32,000 nucleotides of DNA, taken from the NCBI GenBank assembly GCA_963706795.1, contig OY970170.1, positions 330,001 through 362,000 of the forward strand. The letters run 5' to 3'. The position numbers and the translations under genes were made by a program. The number at the start of each line of letters is the position of its first letter. Positions within the stretch are counted from its first letter, which is position 1. Under the pieces are notes generated by a model. It did not search any database. It was not told the DNA's origin and worked only from the letters and a program-made list of their open reading frames with translations. The DNA comes from Candidatus Saccharimonadota bacterium. Its GTDB lineage: Bacteria > Patescibacteriota > Gracilibacteria > BD1-5 > UBA2023. Shown here in pieces: positions 9,604 through 20,246 of the stretch.

Positions 9604-11334
9604 ATGCAAGACTTTCTATGTCTCATTTGAATAACTAAGTGCGCAGACCCGTTGCTTGTACCCGAGGCCTTCTCCGGTGAATTTATCAGATTCTACGAGC
9701 TATTAAGTCTGATAGGTATCATCATCGCAGGTTTACAATTCATGGATACGAAGATCCTGCGAAGATATCTTTTTCTCAAACACAGAGTCGCCTTCGTCAT
9801 CGGAATAGGACTCTCTGCCGGGTGCCTGATGACTAGTCACCTTGTTCCAATGATGCCATGACAGGCCTTGATATTCATTGGATATCCCTACTTCTGGGAG
9901 ATCCTTTCCATGTCGGCAATTGGCTGAGTAATGACATTTCTCCTTTTGTTCTCCATTTACCACAATAAGGATTCGTGGATAATTAAATATACCACGGAAA
10001 AGAATGTAGAGAACATAAACGGCATAGCGTACCACGCGATAATCGAGGAGCCTTCGGAAGAGACGTATCGCGCATTTTGCAGGATACTCCACATAAACCT
10101 GAGGACGGTTCTGGATGCCCTTAGCCGCTACGACAGGCATACATTCTATTTCACCGCGAGAGACCTAAAGGCGCTGCCGAACAGAGAAGATGATAGGACA
10201 ATCAATAGCATGGCATACTCCAAGGCCTGTTCTGGAACCGAGAAGGAAAAACGCATTACCAGATCAGCGATTGAACTCATCGAGGAAATACTTCCCGATC
10301 CGACCTTCTGCGCATATGTGGCATCGCGGGAATACTGATTATTGCTGGCAATCTTTGAGCAAGCCGAAAAAAAGAGATTGTGGAATTCCTGTGGCGAAGA
10401 TTTCATCCGCGTGCTCTCCGCAAATCTTATGGGCAATGCCAATTCGATCGCCAGCAAGGAGGCGAATCTCGACGGCCTCTATTCGAGAAAGCAGTTAATT
10501 CTGAAAATAGTGAAATCCCCAGGGATACTCGAAAACTACGAAATCATGAATTCTGGCTGCGGAATAACCGACAACAATCACAAGCTTGTAATCTTTCTAG
10601 CCGAACAGATCCTCTCGGAATACTTCTCAACCAAAGCGCTTCAGGAATCACCGCGGTACAGGTTTAAGCTGAAGGGCTTACTTGAGGGGATTATAGGTCC
10701 TTGGCATGCCAAGAGCAGCGGGACTGAGAAGGAATTCGAGATCGAAAATTTTACAAGCACTATTCCCCACATACTCATGCGGGGCTGAAGGTGGCTTCCG
10801 GAATGAGAGGAAAAGACCATGGTTTTCACCGAAAAAGAAAACAAGGCGGAAAAGGATACCCTCACAGGCGAGCTGGCCGAGATGCTTTTCCGGAAATTCG
10901 CAAGGATCCTTCGTAATCCCGAAGCGGACTGGTATTCCGATTCCCAGACCTATTGGTGGATCATATGGAATCACGATGCTTACGAAGACGGCGATTCCGA
11001 AGCAATAGTCAGTATTAGGCGGAAATTCTTGGAACTCCTGAAAGAACGCTTGGAAGATGAGGAAAGATGGCAATGGAAAAACTGATCCGTACTGAAGCTA
11101 CTCCTGACTGTCTTAGGCTGGAAGTTAAACCAATGAGAATTCACCGAGGAGGCAGACATGATCGCCTACTGGATAGAAACATCCTTCAATACCGAGTGGG
11201 CAGAAAGATTCCTGAAGGACGAAAGGTTCCGCGCGGCCAATCTTCCGGCAGATTTTTCCGTGGAGGACGGTAGAATAGTCGATAATGCTCATGGTTCGCA
11301 CGTTGTATATCCAGCGGTCCAAGAAGTCGCATAA
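9604..11334 (+). CDS. Hypothetical multi-pass membrane protein with a large soluble C-terminal region (about 576 aa)
   Basis: Track ORFs 9652..9861, 9931..10338, 10342..10788 and 10819..11085 all lie in the same frame. That frame has no TAA/TAG from about 9604 to TAA at 11332-11334. The N-terminus has about 3 hydrophobic helices. No family recognised. Confidence 0.55.
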
Positions 11335-11361
11335 CCACCCTCGAAGATCGCTCCATGCAAA

Positions 11362-11395
11362 ATTATAAAGCCCTGGATATCCGGGGCTTTATAAT
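11362..11395. other. Perfect 12-bp stem hairpin between genes
   Basis: ATTATAAAGCCC (11362-11373) pairs with GGGCTTTATAAT (11384-11395). Confidence 0.5.
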
Positions 11396-11418
11396 GGACC
11401 AGACCTAATCCATTGCCC

Positions 11419-12525
11419 ATGAAATACCTTCGCGAAGAACCATACTATCAAGACCTCTACGATAAGCGCGTCGTCCACAATTGCAGACTGACAGAAAAAG
11501 CAGCCAGTTCCGTGCCGCCCGAGAAGGTCGGGAAAATGCTCGTTACGAGCAACATAAGCAACTTCATCTTGCAGTTCGAAATGCTCAGGCTTTGAGCAAA
11601 ACGAAGGGAGGTAGTCGAGGAATGGATGGCCAAGGACCGGAAAAGGGATGGGTTTTTTGAGCGAACGCCCGTTCCCAAAGTGCAGTGCGAAAGATGCGGG
11701 AAGGCTTCGCCCGAATACAGGGACAAAACCCTGGAGACCTGATTTTGAAAAAAGCCCGATAGGATTCTCTTCTATTTCAAGTGCGATTCCTGCGGAGGGG
11801 TTACCACCGCCTACGACAACGGCGAGATACTTCCGAACAAAATACCCAAATGCCCAAAATGCCGGCACGAGCTAGCCAGTTCGCCGTACGTAAAGAAATC
11901 CAAGCATATCTACGAATCGAAGAATACCTGTGTCGCGTGCGGCTACGAGTCGATCGAACGAATGGACCTGACTCCGACTCCGCGGACCGAGGAACCCGAT
12001 GCTGAATTCGAAACGGACCGCACCCGCTTCTGCCTGCCGTACGAAGATGCCAAACGAAGGTACGACGAGTGGATCCGAAACCTGGATGAAATGAAGCGGG
12101 TGCTCGACGAAATAAACTGAAAAAAGGAGAACAAGCCCGTATACGATGCGCTGGAAAAGGTACGCAGGCTCAAGATGAAGCCTCTTGAGAAATACTTATC
12201 GGAAGCCTTTTTGAAAGTCGGATATTCGGACTTCAAGCTGTCGAAGCCAGCCGTGGGGAAAGACGTGAGAGCACATTTCACTATGGCAGAATGCGGCGAG
12301 GAGGAAAGCCAGTACGCCAGCGTCAAAAAGGCCAAAGCCAAGCTGGAGGAACTACTGAACGATACCAACTGGACGCTTATGAGCGAGGGGCTGGACTACC
12401 GGCTCGGGATCATCCGCTGAAGACTTCGCGGCATAGACAACAAGGAAGAGCTGTTGAAACTGACGGAACGGAGGATGAAAAATGCCGCGAAAGCAGCATT
12501 GAAGAAAACGGGCAAGGAGGGCTAG
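11419..12525 (+). CDS. Hypothetical double zinc-ribbon protein (368 aa)
   Basis: One frame holds ORFs 11413..11595 and 12175..12420 and stays open through 5 TGA codons to TAG at 12523-12525. Four CxxC pairs: CERCGK...CDSCGG and CPKCRH...CVACGY. Confidence 0.55.
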
Positions 12526-13499
12526 TCAGACTTAGAACGGAATTGCCTCCTCTCGCCGTAGAGGTCCACCTGCTGGATCAGGGTAACCAGGATCAGCCGT
12601 CCTATGAGGCAAATGGAGAAAATCGCTATCGCGATAAGCAGGAGTCACGCGGCAATCTCCAAGAAAAAGTACACCGTGCCGCCGATCGCGAAATAGTTAA
12701 CGGTCCACAGTATTCAGCCGTAGGCATTCTGAAGCATCGTCCAGACCGGAGTTCAGAAGAACAGGCTCCAGAAAGTAATGCCGAAGAGAACAAGGAATCC
12801 AAAGTTGTTTATGCGGTTTACGAACTCCAATTTTCTTACCAGCTCCTTCCTGACCCCTGAAACCTCCTTCTCGGAACAATTCTTCAGCCGGGAGACCACC
12901 AGCTTCCCATAGCTTTCGGCATTGGAAAACCTGTAGGAATTATACGCGGCATGAAAGCCGATGGCGCAGCTTTGGCATACTATCTTCGCGAGTGCCCACC
13001 CATTCTTAAGGCTCATCTTCCTGGTGGACGAGGCAATGAGAGGCAGGACTCAGAAGACGATGGCAGCATAGACGCTTGCCGATCCAAGGACTTGAAGCTG
13101 CTCCTGATTGGGCTTCATCAGCCACGAAAGCAAAAACAGTCACAAAAGAGCGGATGTCTCCATGCAGAGGATTATCCAGAAGAACATCGGTTTTCATTTT
13201 CCAGAAGGCTTCTTCTTCGCGGACATGTCGTTCAGTCCCCATACCGAGAAGACCACAAGGCTCGCGAAAAGGGCCGTGATTATTACCGCATTCCAAGGCC
13301 ACGCAGGAGTAGAATGGGTCTGTCAGAGAAAATACACGAGAAAGATTATGGCGATCGCGAATATTCACGCGTATTTCGCAGTTGCCGAAAAGAGATATTG
13401 AGTACCTCTTTCCTCTATTTTGATGCCGCTGTAAAAGTTTGTCCGGTGCATGAAGTCCGTGACTAGGTCGTAAGCAATGTCTTCAGGCTTAAACTTCAT
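12522..13499 (-). CDS. Hypothetical polytopic membrane protein (325 aa)
   Basis: ATG at 13497-13499 (MKFKPEDIAYDLV...). The frame holds ORF 12753..13016 and continues through several TGA codons to TAG at 12522-12524. It has many hydrophobic segments (IFAIAIIFLVYFL, FGFLVLFGITFWSLFF, LLLIAIAIFSICLIG). It starts 32 nt downstream of the hamB stop on the same strand. Confidence 0.6.
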
Positions 13500-13531
13500 T
13501 GTTTAATTGGAATTATGACTCATGTATTGGG

Positions 13532-16500
13532 TTATGAGACAGTAGCATAGATATAATTTTCAAGCTCTTTCTTAATCATGTTTTTTCCTTTTTTTGAGAG
13601 AGCATCGAGTAATCTTGTCTTATTTTTGATAAAATATTCCCTTGAATCCGCACTTCCATTTTCCGGGCGCATGAATCCATTGTGCCAAAGATAGATAGCC
13701 GACTCCCGCGACACGCCCAAGCTGACAAGGTACACTAGATTTGGAAGACAGGTCCCAAGTTCTAGGTAATAGAGGAAATTGACATCCAGCTTTCTATGCT
13801 CAAACTCAGCCGTATTAAAATCTCCACTAAGCTCAAGATATCTCTTGAAACCGAGGTTGACCACATCGAAATATACCCCGAAAGCATTCAGATACTCAAA
13901 CAACATGAGATCATTTATGGCTGTTAAAGTACTCATGTGGTATTTGGATTCGCCCGCCAAAATACTTTTCAGCGGTATGGAATTAATCCAACGATTGATC
14001 AGGCTAGTCAAGTATCAATCATATCTGTCTCAGTGGTGCATCAATCTTATCTCACCTTTGATCCTGGTAGGCTCTTGGACGATTAAAAATTTCTGCACTT
14101 CCTTTAGAAGCACGCCTATATCGAGACTCTTCTGTTTTCTGAAAAATTTCTTACCTTCTTTAGTAAAAAACTCCTCTTCTGAAAGATCAATATTCCGTAA
14201 AACCGAAAATATGTCGGAATATTTTTCTATAAATTTCGACATCTCGGCTCATCGTGCTATAACATTCTCGTATAAGTCAATCTGCTTACGCGGATCAGTG
14301 AAGATATTCTTCCTAATGACTGCAAAAAGCTCTTCATCGTCCGATATACCATTCCCCCTATCGACAGAGACGCGGGAAATTTCCGCGTAGATACCACCTA
14401 TGGATTTGTATAACTCTTGTAGCCTATCCTCTTTCTCGAAATGATCGCCCGGAATGTAATTCCTTATTTCATTGGCATATGAGAAAGCGCCTGTAAAGCC
14501 TGTGTCTGTTGTATGCCGAGGTAGATTGGCCCTTATGTTCAAAAGATTGGCCAGTGACTCAGGGGCACCAAGCTTATTTTCACGAAGCTTGGCATTGAGC
14601 ATTGTCTGATCCATATGTCTCACCAACAGGAAGCCCGTCATGTATTCGAAATCCTTCCTCTCGGAAAAAGAACTACCGCCTGTAGAAATTGGAGATTTGT
14701 ATTCATCGGAAGAGACATCGATATATTTGAGAAAACGCTCAAATTTTCAGCCATTCGCCCTCTCATCATCACGGAAAAAATCATCAAACTGACTCGGCAT
14801 CATTTCCGCAGCTCATCAATCAACAGGCAATTTGTCGGCATGCTCATCCTTCTTCAGGCCAATGAAGAATACATTGCCGCTGAGGTGCTTATTAAGCCTG
14901 CCTGCCCTTCATACCAGATTCTTTAAGTCTAATGGGCTAATGCTCTCCTTTCAAAAGTCAGATCACACGAAGATATTCTTTGCTGGCAAGTTCACGCCTT
15001 CCAGCAGCGTTGAATTTGCGCAGAGATAGCGCAGGCTTCCCGTCTTGAAAAGTTCTTCTATGCTGGTCTTTATCGAGATCGGAAGGGCTCAATTATGATA
15101 TGCCACACCTTTTTTCAGAAAATCGTTCAAGGTGAAGTCTTGCGGTAGAATATCTCTCAGGTATTCAGAAAGGCCGTTATTGGAGCCACTGGAATCCTCG
15201 AGTCACAGACATAGCGACTCCGCCTGTGATATGACCGTATCCTTTCAGTATCTGAAGAGTATTGAAGAATATCCGTCCCGGCTAAACAGGGGTGCCACGA
15301 GGGCGAGCATATCGCGCTGAATGGCCTTTCATTTCTGCTTGCCAAGATTGAATGAAAACAGCTCTTCATTGACTCAGCGAATATTCACGTCAACGGAAAA
15401 AGATCCCGCACCCAATGATGTTACATGGATAAGGTTCTTATTAACAAGTCAAAAGTTCGAAAAGCTATAAGAAATACTCTTCAGTCTGAATGCCTTTTCA
15501 AGGCCACTCAAGCCTTTAAGAAGAGGTGCCAAAAAACATATTTGCACACCAGGCTGATCTTTGCGGATTTCCTGGATAATGTAGCTTAACAGTATTCATC
15601 TATAGCCATAGGAAACTTTGTGCGCCTCATCAACCACGATGAAATCAACCGGAAAGATAAGCTTGTGGCGTCAATATTTTAAGTCCGAGTACAAGTAATT
15701 GAGCCTCTCCTGAGTAAAAAGGAATAGATTTGATTTTATTCTGAAATTATTCACATACTCGTCTCAGCCTATATAGGTATGCACGGACACATTTCACAGA
15801 AGATTGAGTTCCGTTAAGCTTTCCAAAAAATCATTCTTGAGTTCATTTACCAAAGCTTTTGTCGGGACAACAAAGACTACATTGGAAAGCCTTCCTTCGG
15901 CCTTAGCTTTCGCAAGCAAAGAAAGTATATAAAGCTTAAGCGTGAAAGTTTTTCCGGCGGAAGTAGGCGCGGATACCGCCAATGACTTACGCTCCTTGAG
16001 AACAGAGAAGACACTCGACTGAAAATCAGAGAAGAATACCTGTCTATCTAGATCCGATCAAAGCTCTTCTCGAAATGAAAATCGGTTTGATGCTTCCTTT
16101 AGCGATGCCTCAATCTTCCAATGAATTCCAAGCGAAATGGGCTCTACGCCGTCTATTTTCAGATTGCGGGCATCCGAGAGAATTCACAGCCGGGTAAATA
16201 TGCTGTAGATGATGGCGTTATCTTCAAAACATGAGTGAATCTCCACATTTTCACGCCCAAAAGGACCAGAGACTGTCTCTCCATAATAGTATGCACTGAC
16301 AGCGATGCGATACGCCATGTTGCGCATATCATCAATCTCTTCAATTTCATCCTCAGACTCCGATCATGTCAATCTTAATGCTGCGAATAGGAATGCTGTT
16401 TGGAGCAGTTTCCCGAGAATAGAAGAAGAAAGTTTTGAGCACTCATTTTTTAAGGAAGAGTCAATTGCGCTAATCAAAATCTGATCATTGGCTATGCTCC

Positions 16501-16621
16501 GTAAATCGCAAAGCGCACCTATTCTAAATATAAGCCCGTAGTCCTCTTCGAACGATTCCTCTTGAGCTATCTTTCGGCAAAGCCCCAGGACACGGTTGAA
16601 ACCGAAACTAGACTGTCCCAT
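13532..16621 (-). CDS. hamB: Hachiman HamB-like SF2 (Ski2/Hel308-type, DExH) helicase, 1029 aa
   Basis: Track ORFs 16364..16621, 15794..15982, 14249..14641, 14030..14242 and 13532..14011 are one frame, joined by about 22 TGA codons. Motif I SAPTSAGKT, motif II VVDEAH, motif V LCANSTLLEGVNLPA, motif VI LVGRAGRL. TAA at 13532-13534. Confidence 0.7.
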
Positions 16622-17777
16622 GTGTTGGTTTTAGTTTTTTCAAGAAACATTGTATGAGCTCTAGTTCATTTATGAGCGGCAGAAGAAAGATGGTCATTTT
16701 CCTTCCTCAAAGTTCAGTACTGATGGCATTGTAAGACTTAAGAGTTTTATGAATTCTCTTCAGGGTTACGTCGTTGAGGTACGTCATTTCGGGAATTTTT
16801 CCACTAACACAATTCGCATACTCAAAACATCAATACGAAATCAATGAAATGAGACCAAAGGGAATTTCCTCGAGTTGTTTGGCACGGTTCCAACTTCATA
16901 AGTACGGCAGAAATTGACCGCCAAAATTGGCATTCTCTAGGAGTTTGAATTTTTCTTCAGCATGCACGGCATGCGTTGAAATGATGGCAACCTCATTGTT
17001 CAAATCGCCTCCCCCTGTATTTAATAGGAATTCACGATTACTTTCCAGGGCATCAGACAGTGAATCATAGAATGACCTTGTAATCTTGGCTTCAAGAAAA
17101 TTATAAAATACTTCTCAATCCACAACCCCTATGTGTATCCCATCGGATCACTTCGATTTATCGTCACCGGAGGATTTGCAAAGACGTATCTTTGAAAAGA
17201 GGAGTGGAAAACCCAGAAATCATTCCACAAGGTAGAACAAAAGAAATTCCCCAACATCTCCATGCAGGTGACCAAGAATTTCCCTTGCAGTCTGTACCGA
17301 TCAGGATTTAAATAGGAATGATTGATCTTCTTTCAAAACCTCCAGCGTTATGCTTACCATGTGTTTTTGCAGGGCATCCGCAGCTTTTTTTCGAAAGTCC
17401 TTACTTTTAGACTTAAGTTCAGTTGCGGTCTTACAACCCATGCTAGCAAGGACAACATCATCGAGAAGCACTCCTACCACTTCGTTATACCTATTGAAGC
17501 GCTCTTTTACATACTCGATCATTCAAGGCTTGTGCGCTCAATCAAAGAAATAGTCGGTAATTTTTCCAAACAGAATACCTAAAAACTCATCATAGGTTTT
17601 TCAGGCTTTGATTTCGATCTTGAAAATATCACAGTTTTGATAGTACTCGGCGTCATCTAGCTTTAGAAGATCTCCAATTTTAAGACTTCTCTTCAAAAAG
17701 AAGTCATCAAAAATACCATCAAAATCAGTTTTTTTGATGGTACAGAAATCTCTTATATCCTCAACCACGTTAGACAT
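16608..17777 (-). CDS. hamA: Hachiman HamA-like protein (DUF1837-type putative nuclease), 389 aa
   Basis: ATG at 17775-17777. The frame includes ORF 17301..17522 and about 10 TGA codons, ending at TAG 16608-16610, which overlaps the hamB ATG by 14 nt. The core GDVGEFLLFYLVEGFLGFPLLFSKIRLCKSS...GSDGIHIGVV...FLEAKI resembles the DUF1837 GE..L / K / D-G-h-H / E-x-K pattern from memory. Confidence 0.55.
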
Positions 17778-17967
17778 TGGGCATCGATTAAAACCGGATC
17801 AACATCCACTCTGGGGAGGAAAAAGAATATGATTCTTTTTAAGTGAAGTTATGGCCAGTTTATAAGAAAAGCTAAATTATCAAATATCAGTCCGTCTATC
17901 CGAATTTCAGGACTGCACCAAAAACATGCCAAGTTAAATATGTTGAGTACCCGCTATTGTCATCTCT

Positions 17968-17991
17968 AAGACTGGATTTCCAGTCTTTTTT
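17968..17991 (+). terminator. Hairpin plus T-run
   Basis: AAGACTGG (17968-17975), loop, CCAGTCTT (17980-17987), then TTTT. No plus-strand gene lies upstream of it. Confidence 0.4.
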
Positions 17992-18006
17992 CCGTATTGT
18001 CACAGA

Positions 18007-18143
18007 GCTAAACAAAACCATGACACGAATGCGCTTTCACGCAATAGAGGTGAAAAGTGGGCAATTATCCACCCACTCCCCTTTATTGTGAGAGCTCGGG
18101 CATGGTTTTGTTTAGCGACAACCGGATAATTGCCCTCTTTTTT
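18007..18143 (+). promoter_or_regulatory. Interleaved inverted repeats (structured leader / attenuator candidate)
   Basis: IR-A GCTAAACAAAACCATG (18007-18022) pairs with 18101-18116 (16 bp, perfect). IR-B GGGCAATTATCC (18059-18070) pairs with 18124-18135 (12 bp, perfect), followed by T-run 18138-18143. A competing local hairpin is AGTGGG (18056-18061) with CCCACT (18072-18077). Confidence 0.45.
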
Positions 18144-18184
18144 GTATGCGAGGGCCAACCGGGGAAATCCTAACCTATCGCTAT

Positions 18185-19357
18185 ATGAAAGTATGTCCAT
18201 TTTGCTCACAACAGGTGCAAGATGATGCAATCAGGTGCACAAATTGCCTATCGAATCTCTCGACATACGAAGCAAGAGAGAAAATACGCCTGCAAGAGGA
18301 GGACGAACGAGACAAAGCAATGAAATTCCGAAGCGCCAACTGGCCTGAATACATAGCAGAATACCTCAGGGAAAACACGGCAATCTTCAAAAGACTACAG
18401 GACAAAACGGATTCCGAGATAATCGAGACGGTTCTGGAGGAGAAACGGGAATCAAACATGACAATATTCTATCTGCTCGGAGCGCTCATATCATTCGCAG
18501 GATTCATATGGCTCAATGTCTCACCTGGCGCATTTCCCAAAATTCTCTGCTTCGGACTGCTGGCTTCCATATGGCTACACCCCGAAAAGGCGCGAGAATG
18601 ACTTTCGGACGTGGGCCGGCGCATCGCGCAGATTAGAAAGTACCCGGCAAGACTTCTGTCTTCGATCATTATGATTGCGTGCTCCTTCTGGGCAATCTCG
18701 TCATCGGAGGCAAGATTGGCAGACGAAGCATCCTACAGTAAACCGACAATCGAAATCAAGAGTCCGCAGGGAGCGCAAACAGGTTCCGTCTACCTGCTCA
18801 AATTCACGGCCTCCGGTGCGGATACGGTCAAAGTTGATGGACAGCTGCTGACGGCAAGCGGCGGACTTTACAGCAAGTCGCTAGAAATGAAGCAGCCATC
18901 CATTTCGATATACATCGAAGCGCTGAACAAGTACCATTCGGACTCACAGCGCATAAATGTCTCGCGACCAAAAAGCTCGGTGGAGATTCAAGCGGAAGCC
19001 GAGAGAATTACAAAAGAGAAAGCGGAAACCGCAAGACTGGAAAACGAGCGAAAGAAGGCAGAACAGCAAAGGCAGGCTCTAGCACAAAAAGAGGAAAAAT
19101 TGAAAACGATGCTTACCCAGAAGTACGAAAGGATAGTCAAGGCCGGCGGATACATCTATGAAATCGAAAACAAACTGGCGGATCTGGACTTTTACCAGAC
19201 GGACAGCGGGCTCGCGAAAGCTCCGGATGGGTCAACCCAGGCCTATATGATCTATAAGAAGGAGGATCAATGACACGTCGTGTATGTATTCCTCCAATAC
19301 GGCTACTCATCCAGATATTGGTACAGGGTCACACTGGACGCTCCACCCACGCCTTAG
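18185..19357 (+). CDS. Zinc-ribbon / transmembrane / coiled-coil protein (about 390 aa)
   Basis: MKVCPFCSQQV..IRCTNC zinc ribbon. TM segments MTIFYLLGALISFAGFIWL and LLSSIIMIACSFWAI. A Lys/Glu-rich coiled coil (AEAERITKEKAETARLENERKKAEQQRQALAQKEEKLK). ORFs 18146..18601 and 18611..19273 are in frame, joined by TGA. TAG at 19355-19357. Confidence 0.55.
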
Positions 19358-19417
19358 TCTAATCGGGGTTGATTTCGATCGCAGTCGCCTAGAATGCTCC
19401 CGAAATAACAATGCCCC

Positions 19418-20158
19418 ATGCCACGGAAATTCCCACACCCGAAAGTACAGTTGGACCGAGCTAGAATTATCGCTCCGTATCTCAGACTATTGGAAGATGG
19501 AAGCGAGGATTTCCAAAAAGACGTCGAAAACCTCCGGGCCAAATACAAGATCCCGAAGGGTAGTTGGGAAAACCCGCTCCGTCAGCTCCTAGAACAGGAC
19601 TACTGGAACCCCGGGTTCCAGTCCAACGGAGTCGTGACCATGTACGATGATGACAGACGGATTTTATGGAGAAAATTCCATGAGGATGTCGAAGCTCTCG
19701 CAAAGAAGTACAGGCTGGAGACATTGCCGAGTATCCTGAAGGAATTCGTGCTCGAAAACTGGTTCGGCGACGGAATTCGCCCCTACAGGATGGAAGCCTC
19801 GAGCGACTGATCCTGGACGCTGAAGATGTCTCGCACGATAAAAAAGAAAGAATTAGATGTCGCATGGATAGAATTCCAGCAAATCCATAAGAAGCTGCCA
19901 AACATCATCACTGATTTTACCGGCCACCCCGCCCAATCGGTTAGGAAATACGACTTAATTCAAGAGATTTCGAATAAATACGATTGAGACAAGGCCCTGC
20001 TTTTACTGCTCATCAAGAAAGAACTTTTCGGAAACCTTACGGCAGACGAGGAGCGAATATTAGAGAGATGAAATGACTCTGGAAAATTCAAACTGAACAA
20101 ACACATCGAAAATATATTCTCAATTCTGAAAGACTTCGGAAACTCTACGAATTGCTAA
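19418..20158 (+). CDS. Hypothetical protein (246 aa under table 25)
   Basis: ORF 19418..19810 reads through TGA at 19808, 19985 and 20069 to TAA at 20156-20158. No family recognised. Confidence 0.45.
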
Positions 20159-20204
20159 GTTTCAACTGAAACTTAGCAATTCCGAAAGCTGAATCCCGAT
20201 AGAA

Positions 20205-20238
20205 ATAGACCGAGCACACCGCTCGGTCTATTTTTTTC
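20205..20238 (+). terminator. Rho-independent terminator
   Basis: ATAGACCGAGC (20205-20215), loop ACACC, GCTCGGTCTAT (20221-20231), then a T-run. Confidence 0.75.
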
Positions 20239-20246
20239 TTTTACCT

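Noticed and set aside
9652-11334. Treating 9652..9861, 9931..10338, 10342..10788, 10819..11085 and 11158..11334 as five separate small genes ending in TGA.
   Set aside because: All five sit in one reading frame with no TAA/TAG between them, which is unlikely for independent genes. The element's conserved genes demonstrably read TGA as Gly. The alternative is kept as a caveat under the fossil-stop finding.
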